DNA of 56,502 nucleotides, the filler included, from Catajapyx aquilonaris (taxonomy: Eukaryota), in the NCBI GenBank assembly GCA_000934665.2. It is 3 parts of 3 records of this genome, joined end to end, with 100 filler letters (N's around TTAATTAATTAA, not from the genome) between each part and the next. Parts side by side here need not be neighbours in the genome. Positions count along the whole stretch, not along the records: positions 18,983 to 37,697 come from JYFJ02006628.1; 2 more parts are not named here. One strand, written 5' to 3'. A program made the translations under genes and the position numbers. Below, one piece after another: positions 23,501 through 35,500 of this stretch; position 1 is the stretch's first letter; each line of letters opens with the position of its first letter. The notes under the pieces are model-generated. The model did not search any database. It worked only from the letters and a program-made list of their open reading frames with translations, and was not told the DNA's origin.

Positions 23501-26500
23501 ATCATCTTCGTTAGTGCAGAGAAGTTGCTCTAATTGCATACACAAAGGCTGCAACTTTTGAAAATATATTGATGGTGATTCAAGCTTTAGAAAAAAAATT
23601 GTAGTTTGGAGATTTAGAAATGTGTACTACCCTTATCTTTCATTGGCTCAAATTTTCAGTTCCTCCCAGCATTTTAGGTGACACTACAGATTACGTTGTT
23701 AAAGAAGGTGATCGCATTGTGTTACCATGTCAAGTAACTGGCAACAATCCTCTTACTATCACATGGCAGAAAAGTGGAGTTCCTGTACTGCCTTATCACA
23801 GAAGGTGAAAATTTATTAAAATAATAAATGACATATACGCACTTACGCAAACTTGTTTCATGCATAGGTATAAGATTCAGAGGGATAACAGTTTGGAGAT
23901 CAAGTCAGCCCAAGAAAATGATTCTGGGACGTATGTATGCACTGCAGTGAATAGAGCTGGAGTAAGCAATAAAGCATTGATATTAGCTGTTGAAGGTACA
24001 TACTCCAGATTGGCATTATATAGTGAAGTATTTTGTTGGAGAATAGCATGATAAAATTACATTCCCTTTTAGTTCCTCCCAAAATTGTGACAGCCATGAA
24101 CATAGTTCGGATACCCCAAGGGCAAGAAGTCACAATACCTTGTGAGGCAAGAGGAATTCCAACACCTGATATTACATGGGAAAAAGATGGAGTGCTGATT
24201 CGTCCAGAGGACCCATCATATGTGCTTTTGGCAAATGGAGGAATTCGGTATGTGTCCTTGCAATCCAATATGCAAGGTGATTCACAAAAGTCTCATAATT
24301 GTATATGAGTTGTCCAAATGCTGGTGTTATGCCAGACATACATGCCCGGCTGGTATTATGCAGGCATACATGGTGACCGTATTGAATTAAAAGTTAAAAT
24401 AGCTGCAGGAGCATAGGAATTATTTTCGGAATAGCAGGAAATTGTGTGACTTATATACCTTTTGTAACTAATCTTGTGGATAGCTTTCAGTTTTGAGCTG
24501 CAGAGTAATACTTCACATAGTAATCTTCTTTTTATATTCTTTCTTTCAGCCTTTTTGCAAGTACACTAGATAGTGGAACCTTCATCTGTCATGCTACCAA
24601 CAAGCTAGGCACAGCTTTTAAGATGTTTGACCTACACGTCTTAGGTACAGTTGTGATATCCATTTGTCATGTGTGAGTGAAGCTTTGGAAATAGGAAATT
24701 GATTACTCTGTACCTTCTACAGTCCCTCCTCTCATGATCTCGGCTGGGAACGATGTCGTAGTTGTGAAAGAAGGAGAGCCAGTGTCAATCTCCTGCCTAT
24801 CGCATGGAGTACCAACCCCACAGCTGGAATGGCATAAAGATGGCAAAAAAGTTGAGGAAACAGATCCACACCTCTTGGAGTACAGAGTAGATCATTCCAC
24901 AGTGCAGACGGCTGGAGTGTACACTTGTGTGGCTTCTAATGAACTGGGTAGTGTTGAAAGAACAGTTCGTCTTGTTGTCCAAGGTAAGCTACATTGTACA
25001 TTGAGAAATACTCTGACACCACATCTACACATAACTTACAGTCTTACATAATGCACAAGTGAGACATTTTAAATTGGCTGCAGCTTATTGGAAGAGACAT
25101 TTGTATCTTAAATTTTGTGGCAATACAGATGAAACCTTATGTTCAGAATTTCATATTATTCACCAAAACTGGCACTTAATGAAACATAGTGATGATTGTG
25201 AGGTACTGGCTGCTACATTAGCTGAATCACTTCTGTGAAAATGATTGTATGAGGAGAGAGACAGATGAAGTTTAATTATGTGGATGGGCAAAATTGGACT
25301 GCTGCACACTTGGACAGTGACCAGCAATGAGTTAATAAATTCATTTTGATGTGACATATGCCATGTTTGTCATTGTTACAGTAACTTTACTTTTTCCTGG
25401 TTGTGACACACATTACTTGCTGTAACTTGGTGTCACAATTAAAACATTTTCACATATTGTAATTGTTGAAATTAATGCAAGAAAATATTTTAATGGCCTG
25501 GCATAGTTTTAAGTGGCTTTTTGACTTTTTTCTCATAGATTGTTTCATTACTTTGAAGCCAATAGAGAAACAAACCTTTTTTGTGAGATTCTTTTTTAAT
25601 TCTTTATTCTAAATGCAGCTCCACCTAGAGTGGCAGGATTCCCAGCTATGATGAATGTGACTGTAGGAGAGCCGTTTGTCGTCAGATGTAATGCCACAGG
25701 TGTGCCAGAGCCAGAGGTTATGTGGCTTAGAAAGGAAGAGGGAGAGATTCATCGAGTTGGCATTGGGAAACTGATCACACTTGATGCGATCTATCTTCAT
25801 CAAGGTGGACAGTACATTTGCCTGGCTAAGAATGATCATGGAGAAGATCAGAAAATCCTCACTGTAAATGTTATGGGTGAGCATGGCCGCATAATTCATG
25901 TGACGATGCCCAATGTAATGAGAATTTTGTGGCATTTCTCTCTCAGTTCCACCTACTCTGCAGAACGATTCCTCACTTCGAGTAAGAGAAGTGATAGAAG
26001 GTGATCCTGTCCAGTTGATCTGTCCTGTAGAAGGAATTCCTCTCCCTAGCGTCTTCTGGTACAAGGTATTGAGACAATGACATGCTAAAAGTAGACATAG
26101 TTCAAATAGGGTTACATTCTTTTTGCCAAAATCAAGTGAAAACAAGGGTAATATCCTAGGATGAGAATGAGGCAGAAAGTGGAAAGTGGAAATGTTACTT
26201 ATCCTGCTTCTTTGGTGTATATTCAGTATGATGAGCCGCTCAGCTTGAACACTAATGAGAGGTCAGACCTGGTGCATATAAGCCTCACAGATGATCCACG
26301 CTCCATGACTATATATGAGTCAAGGCCATCAGATGCTGGAAACTACACCTGCAAGGCTTCAAATGCTGCAGGTCACATCTCAGTGGACTTTCAGCTGGAT
26401 GTACTGACTTTGCCACACTTTAAGGACTACAACTATGACTCAAATCGAGTAATTGGTGAAGGAGAAGATACCAGTCTGGAGTGTGAAGTCCAAGGGAATC

Positions 26501-29500
26501 CTACTCCACAGGTGAGAGCCATTTAATTCCAAAAGTCAGAGGTACTGCAATCCTCATCAACAATGGAACAATTACAGTAATTTGTAATTATACTCATTAC
26601 TTTTTTTGGATTTACTCCATAGGTGTCATGGAAGAAGAAAGACGGGGACATGCTGACACTTGTACAGTTAATTAAACCTCCTGTGGATGCAGATGGAAGC
26701 TTGTTGAGGATACAAAATGCGCAAGCCTTTCATGCAGGAACTTACCGCTGTGAAGCTTACAGCCGAGTTGGGATGATTTTTAGAGATTTCAGTGTGCAAG
26801 TGCAAGGTAACATCAGTCTTTTTATTATTATTTCTGAGCCATTTTCATATGTTCAATGTAACATGTAGGAGCTCCTGATCTTGATGGTGTGAGTTATGAA
26901 AGTGTAGAAGTGTTGGAAGGAAGTCCAGTGACTTTGACTTGCCCTGTTTTTGGGTCACCCAGGCCATACATTGAGTGGAGAAAAGACGGATCATCATCTT
27001 TCCTTGGGTATGATATGTTGAGATCATACGTATAAAATGAAAGCTATGTACTGTATAATAATGTGAATTAAGTGTTACAAGTAGGCCTATCACATTCCAG
27101 AGAGCAAAATGTCATCATTCGGAAACATGGAGCTGAGTTGGAAATTCCTTCTGCTGTTCTAAATGATGAAGCTCAATACATATGCATGGGAAAAAACAAA
27201 TATGGCTCTAGTGGAGAGAAACACTTCAATGTGACTGTTCTGGGTGCGTTTCACGATTTGAGTACCATATGTGTTTACCTCATTAATTAATTTGTCCTTT
27301 CACACTTGCTGAAGTTACCAAAGATTTTGCATAGGAAATTGTTTCTTGCATGTTATAGGTAGGAAGTCCTGAAAATTGACAGAAGCTTCTTACTTCATTT
27401 GAATAATTTTCATAGTGATTCTTTCATTTTCACAGATAGTGCGCATGTGTGAAATTGCTTGAGATACTTCATACTGTATTAGTTACTCTTCTGCGCATAT
27501 GCCAAATTTTTATTGATGTCCCATGACTGTTTATGCTAAGGCTAGAGTTAATTTCTTGTGACTAGAATTTTGGTGCCTAATTATGCAACTATTTCAGTTC
27601 TTCCATACATTAAAATGAGTGATGAAGTGGAAAAGGTGAGAGGAAAAGAGGGTGACAACATCACTCTTGTATGCAATGCTGAGGGAAATCCAAGCCCAGA
27701 TATAACATGGACTCACAATGGCCAGAACTTGTACATGACAGGCGAGAATGTTGGCATTAGTGGACAGCATAAGGAAGAATTTTGGATTGCTGAAGCCTGT
27801 GTGAGTGATGCAGGAGATTATGTGTGCATTGCTACTAACAAGGTGGGAAGCACTCAAAAGGAATATGTGGTGGACGTATTAGGTAAGGTCTTACGTAACT
27901 TAATTTCATAATTTTGGCATGATTCTACATGCAGTGTAATTCTTTCTTATAAAAATATTAAATTAGTACCACCAACCTTGGCCAACCCAACATCAAAACC
28001 TGACAAATTGGAAGTTTTGGAAGGATCATCTGTCACATTTGCATGCTTGGTGCAAGGCACTCCTTTGCCTCACGTGGTGTGGAAGAAAGATGATATCCCA
28101 TTAGATCTGGAAAAGCATTCGTTTATGGAGGCAACTGACCATGGACAATACCTCCACATGAATATCACAAATGCAAGAGATGCTGGGATATATACCTGCA
28201 TGGCTACAAATGAAGTGGGACATGTAGTCAAAGAATTTGATTTGAATGTGCTGGGTAAGGAAGGCGTTATTTGGTTATAGTCAGAGGTGGGCACCGCTAA
28301 CTTTCGATAACAGCTAACTTGCTCAGTAAAACCATGGACAAATCGTGGGCTAAATTGTTAATGCTTAACAGCTAGAAAGGTTAGTGGAATTATTCTAGCG
28401 GTTTATCATTAGTGATTTAGCACCGTCCACGGTTTACTAACCGAATTTGCTGCGAGCGGAACTAAAAATTTCCGTTAGCTTGCCCAGCGCTGGTTATAGG
28501 ATACATTAATTTTTCTCGTGCTGAAATTTAAGAAAATCTCTCAGACATTCAGTGGTGAAATGAATATTCTAACTGGAATAATTTTGCTCTCAGTGGATTA
28601 TGTAGGTGTGAAACTCCAGCACTAGATGAATGTAAAAAGAGGCACCACGAATCCACATTTGAGTGTGTTTGCAATTTTATGCCAAATAATCAATGTTTCT
28701 TATGTACCTGACTGAAACACTGAGAATTTTCATGCGAAGTAGTCATCTTTGTGCCATAAAAGTTGATTTAGCTTCCAATATTTTTTTTTTTTTGCCTCTC
28801 ATCAGTTGGACCAAAGATTGAAGAAGAAGATCTACCTCAACACCGCCAGGTTAAAGAAGGTCAACCCTTGATCCTGAAGTGTCCTGCTGTGGGACACCCA
28901 CCTCCTCAGATCGTATGGCTGAAAAACAACAACCCTGTAACTCCAGACACAATCTATGGAATTCACATCAATGATGAAGACATGTCGCTTGTGAGTTGAA
29001 GCAGTTGAAAATCACTCATCAGATGCAGTAATTCCTGGTTTTGTGTGCATTTCAGAACATCTCAGCAGCATCAGTGGATCACACTGGCTCCTACACTTGC
29101 ATTGTTACAAACGCTGCTGGGGAGACTGAGAAAGAATTTGATGTTGATGTACTTGGTAAGTTTACAAAGGTGGGTTTTGAGTTGCAGTGTAACAGTTCTG
29201 TTGCATGAGGAGTCAGACAACCTGGAGACGGGGATTGTTTTTCTTTCAGTGCCTCCCAAATTGGAAATGGATAAGGAGTACTTGGATACAGAATTGAGCG
29301 TGAGGGTAAATCGTCCTATTACATTGCATTGCCCTGTGGCAGGGAGGCCCGCTCCTGAACTGTTTTGGAAAAAGGTAATTTAAAGGAAGCTCATATCCTA
29401 TTTGAATTCCAATTGTTCTGCTGTTGTGTGTCCCAAATAATGTCAAAGAGGGTTATGTTAATCACTATTATCTTATCTCCTGTGGTTCTTTTTATATCTT

Positions 29501-32500
29501 CCAAATAACTCACATTTTATTCAAACAGGATGGAGTTATGTTATCACGTTACTCTTCAAGCAATGTGCAGTTTTCGAGTGAGAAGCGACAGCTGCGAATA
29601 ATGAGTGCAAAGGACAGTGATGCAGGGACATATGAGTGTGATGCCATTAACGAAGCAGGAAAAATCACAATTCCATTCCATGTCACTGTCTTAAGTAGGT
29701 TTTAATCACTAACAATAAATAAGATCAAATTAATCAATAACATTATTTAGATATTTTATATTGGTGATATTGTTTGGCAGCACCACCTCATTTTCTGGAA
29801 GACTCCGTGAAAACTAGATTGCGTGTACCTGAAAATGAAAATGTCATCTTGACGTGTCCTGTAATGGGAAGTCCTGAAGTTTCAATCTTATGGCTCAAAG
29901 ATGGCCATCTCCTACCAGTCACCCAAGGATTAAGGTAGAGCCATGTATCCTTTCCTCTGCTGGACTACTATAAACTTGGTGTTTTACGTTGAACAGGCAC
30001 AAACGTGAGGCTGATGCTTCATCAAGAATGTTTGTTTCTGATGATGCCAAACAGTTTGTGGTAGTTAATGCAACTACTCTGGATGCTGGGAAGTATACAT
30101 GCATTGTCTCTAATGAAGCTGGGAATGCTGAACTGGATTTTCGAGTCGATGTACTGAGTATGTGGGATTATTTTGTTTTGCACGTAATTGTGATGTTGAA
30201 ACAGTCTGACATCAGGGAAGCTACTTTTCAGATGTAAATTGTAGAGAACAATTATTTTCATATAATGTGGCATTTACAGTAGCCCCTGAAGAATGAACAA
30301 CTCTTGATAAGCACTATTCCTCACTTCTGGCACCAACATGTGCTCTCTTTCCTTAACAACACTGATTGATTTGTCCTTCAGCTATGATTAGCAGGTCACC
30401 CTGGTCGTGTTCATTCCTAGTGATTGTTAGAATTGCACAGTTATTTAGTTGCAGCTATGAAAGAAACAATGTGTTGTAGTCACCAATAATTATTGAGTAA
30501 TAAGTTATATTTTTTCCAGTGAAACCCACTCTTGATTTGTCAGAAGTGAAGAAAGTGATTGAGGTGTCCTTGAACCGGCCTGTGATTTTCTACTGCCCCG
30601 TGAGAGGTATCCCATTTCCTTCAGTGAGATGGCTGAAAGATGGCCTGCCTATAAGTTATTCAGGTGGGGTCAGATACACCACTTCAGCAGATGGGAGGAG
30701 ACTGAAATTGCGTTACACAGAGATGTCAGATGCAGGAAAGTACACTTGCATGAGTGTGAATGAGGTGGGACAAGTGCATCAGGACTTTGAGCTGAGAGTG
30801 TTGGTTCCACCTACAATCAGTGGTCCTTCCCATAATGTGAGTTAGCATGCTAACAAGTAATATAGTGTAATACCATATAAGTGGATTGTGTTCTGTAATG
30901 TACCGTAATGTACATTGACCTGGTAATTTTGCTTTACATTAAACTTTCACTAGTGGAAAGCATGACTACTAAGCATTACCTGTTCTACTCTAACTCAATA
31001 TTACCACCCAATCAGGTGAATGAAATTTTTGGATTCAGTTTGCCAAATTTAATTCCGGGGGTGGAAGGAGGAAGTATAACCCTGGAATGCAATGCATCTG
31101 GTTATCCTGAGCCAACCATTATGTGGCTCAAAGATGGAGATCTTATTGAAGCTGAAGACAACCCAGACAAATATGTGTTTCATGATCAAATGAGGTATGT
31201 ATTGTTAACATTTTCATTTGTTAGGCATTTAACATTGAGGATATGTTCCCTCTTTATTGTGGGTTTTATGGCAATGATGATGATGCCTACTCAATCAATC
31301 AATCAGTGCATCACAACTGTCCCTAAAATCAAAAAGGGGTAGTCAGATAATTTTATGTAGGATACCCAAGTAAATGATGAAATGCCTTTGAAACACTTCA
31401 GTATTAATGTCAGTCAATGAAATTCATCATAATATTAATAATAACGAATAACAACAACTATGCAGGTCATTTGAGGTTGTAGACCTTGATAAAGAAGATG
31501 GTGGCAAGTACACCTGCATGGCCTTGAACTCTGTGGGCTCGGCAGAACTGAACTATGATGTGGAAGTCTGGACCAAGCCTGGGCTGATGCATCAGGTGAC
31601 AACTGATTCCGTGGGTAAATCTTCAGCATATCATGAGCATGATTTATAGCTGACAAGGAGGTGAAATCCAAATTTGAAAATGGTCCTTTTGTGAGCAGTG
31701 ATCATCAATTATCCAACTGTACTGGAGTGTCCCATTGATGGTTATCCACCTCCTGAAGTCACCTGGATGAAGGATGTTGATATTCTGGACGATTCTGACG
31801 ACCACCTGGTGCGAATCACAAATGGAGGACAACAGCTTCAGATACTCAGGTGATTTGATTTATTGCTGTGACATGTCTCTGCTGATGTATCCTGAAAATA
31901 GAATAATCCATGTTTTTCATTTTTTCATTTTCAATTTTGTACCAATTAATGGTCATTAGATCTCTTCCAACACACCGAGGCAACTACACGTGCTTGGCCC
32001 ACAATGAGGCGGGATCAGTGCAAGTACCATACTCCTTGGACATATGGGAGCCCCCAACCATTCACACTTCTCATGACAAGCCTTCAGTAAGGGAAGGTGA
32101 CAATGTAACCTTCGTCTGTGTGCCCAAGGGCCACCCAACTCCCTTGGTCATCTGGTTCCACGAGGGCGATCTCCTAATTAGTGAATCTTTGGATGCACTC
32201 AATGCAAGTTTGTTGGACTCAGGACACAAGCTGTTCATCAATGAAGCCACCCAGGGGCACAGGGGGAAGTACACCTGCCTGGCCTCCAGCCTTNATATTG
32301 CATCCACTTTACCTGGTGCTTTGTAGTTTCTTCTACATCATCAAAAGGAGCCTGTCTAACTGTGCAGCCTTAGGACACCCAGCCTGTATTGCTTGCTGGA
32401 AATCAGAATTGTGGAAAAGCTTGTGGATATTAGGATGGGAGGAATTACTCATAATGCCACGCATGTGTACCCAAGCAGGTGTTTCTGGGATCTTATGGAA

Positions 32501-35500
32501 ATAACTGTTTTTACAATTAAATCAATTAGTGTTTTCAGAATGCTAAGGAGTTCATGCTTAGCCAAAAGAGCTTAGTAGGCTTGATTATAATAATTTCCTG
32601 TTTTCCAGAGTCACCCATAATAGCAGGCAGCCAGAAGGAGAACATGACTGTGATGGTCAATAGACCATTGATACTTGAGTGTTCAGTGGATGCCAAACCT
32701 GAGGCACATATGACATGGTTGAAGGTGGGAAAACATTGAAAAAATATTTTGCAAACAAAGAGCTCTAACACATGCAACCCTTTTGCAGAATGGACGGCCC
32801 CTGAGGATAACATCACCAAATGACTTCCAGCTAATTCTTGGAGATCAGAGGTTACATGTCCCTAGCACTCAAGAAGGAGATGGAGGAGTTTATGAATGTG
32901 TTGCTAAAAATGAGTTGGGAGAAGCCAGGAGGCAGTTTGAAGTGGAAATTTTGGGTCTGATATATTTGCATGATATCTGTCATTTTTATGCAAATAATTT
33001 AGAATTAACATGAATGGGTTAAATGAAACTTGTGACTAAATATAGATTTTAGTAGCATATTGCTCAATAATATTGTCAGTATACAATTAATTTAATATTT
33101 TGTAAGGGAATGCTGCAATTTTACATTGTAACTAATGTCTCATACTTTTAATTACTGACTACTCCTGTCAGAGGCATGACTTTATGCTCAAGATGTGACT
33201 TATGGCTACTTGCAGTTCCACCAAAGCTTGATGATGATGGCACTCCTTACGTGTCTGATCGAGAGAGTAACATTTTGGAGTATCAAACAGCAGACATCAA
33301 TTGTTACGTACGGGGTAATCCACCACCATCAGTACTGTGGATGAAGGATGGGAAGGTAAAAGTTGCTTTGACTACATTTGGTAGTAGTTAACTATGAAGT
33401 TTATCTCAGGACATAACACCTGAAGAAAGGCGAATCCAGATGCTTGAAAACAACCAGGTGTTAAGGATAGCAGAGGCAAAGGCGGATGATGGTGGAAGAT
33501 ACACTTGCATTGCTGTTAGTCCTTCAGGAAAAATGGAGAAGGATTTCAGTCTGGTTGTGCAAGGTAGATTACAGCTGCTTCAGTTTTATTTAGCGAGAAT
33601 GGAGTTTAATTAATTGACATTTTCTTCTCTCTATTATGTGCTATCTTTTGAAGTGGAGAGTTTATATCTAGTTTATTATTACCATATTTATTTTCTCATC
33701 TACTCATCTTGTTATTCCAGCTCCACCAACAATCATTTCATCATCTCCCAACAAAGTGACAGCCCTGCCAAATCAGCCAGCTCACCTTGAGTGCCAATCT
33801 GTTGCAAACCCAGATCCACAGACTAAGTGGCTGAAAAATGGAGAGCCTCTGAATGATTCATCTGATCCACTGCTGCTGGTCAATATATACGAGCCTCGTA
33901 ATTCTAAAGTGTCCTGAGAACTCATGTTTAAAAATTGAATTTGACAGGTGCAATCAAGAGGCCAGGAGCTGCTCTTCAGGCAGGTGAGACTGTCTGACGC
34001 TGCAAAATACACATGCATAGCCTACAACTCTGTAGGACAAGATGAGAAGAGCTTCAATTTGGAAGTCAATAGTATGATAATTCCCTATTATTTATCAGTG
34101 AATTTTCATAATGTTTCATTATTTTCATGCTTCAGCTCCACCAGTCATTAGTCGACCTGTATCACATCAGAAGCAGGTGTTGCTGGATAATAGTCTTACC
34201 TTGAGTTGTGTTGCATCTGGGAATCCTACTCCAGTATTTACATGGCTCAAGGATGAAGATCAAATTCAGGATGCAAATCATCCGAGATACACGGCAAGTT
34301 TAAAGAATTTGATTAGTTGCTTTTGTCCATTTAGCTGTTATATTCAAATTACACTTGAGGTGGTTCCAACAGATTTTGTCTGAAGGATCGCTGCTTCGCA
34401 TTGACTCAGCACAGCTCACAGACTCTGGTGTGTTCAAGTGTGTCGCTGCCAATTCAGTTGGGAGAGATGAACTGCAACTACCTGTGGATGTCATTGGTAA
34501 GTCATCTATGGAAACATCTTCTGGGACATAAGGGTAGTTTATAGGATGAATTTAAGGCTACGTGGAAATAGCAAAAGTAGAAGAAATGAATGCTGCAAGA
34601 TTTTGAAGTAGACCACATGTAATGCAACACATTTGTGAAGAGTAGCACTGCTTTATTTTCATTTCAGGCCCACCAAGAGTGAAGAAAAGGGAAGCTCCCA
34701 ATCGTGTGGAAGTGGTGGAAGGAAAGCCTTTCGTGATTGAATGTCCCATTGATGGAACACCTGAGCCCATGATCATGTGGCAGAAAGAAGGGGATAATGT
34801 GTCAATGTTTTCGCATCCAACGTTAGAGGTCATGGATGGTGGCAAAGTGATCAAGATCCTTAAGGCAGTGCCCACTGACTCAGGTCTTTACAAGTGCTTG
34901 GCATCTAATGTGGCAGGGCAGATGGATTTTGTTACGCCTGTGGATGTTTTGGGTGAGAATAATTCACACATTTATAAACTGCAATGTTTGTGTAAAATCG
35001 TGTACTTGGAGCAATCATATCTTTATCCAAGTACCGTATATTGTAGTAAATTTAGATTGGCCATGTCATTGTGCATTAATAATGTGATGAGTTGGAACTT
35101 TTCCTTCGCAATCAGTACCACCAAAGATGAATGGAGATGGGAAGCATGTCCATCTAAAAGTTCTCGAACATCATGTGGTGACACTCTTATGCACTGTGAC
35201 TGGAAATCCACTGCCTAGAATAACCTGGCTTCGAAATGAAGCTGAACTTGACAGTGACACAGGAAACCTGAAGGTGACCTAACCAAGTGCTGTTAAAAAT
35301 TTTGTCTACCAAAACCTTATTAATTTTCATTTTGCCACAGATACTTCCTAGCCAAGAGCAGATCAGGATTCATAATGTGTCAAACACAGATGCTGCCAAT
35401 TACACCTGTGTGGCTTCAAATGCAGTTGGGCTGGCTAAAAAGTCATTTTCATTGGAAGTACTGGCTCCCCCTGCCATTGGTGTGGCTCCAAACACTCAAG

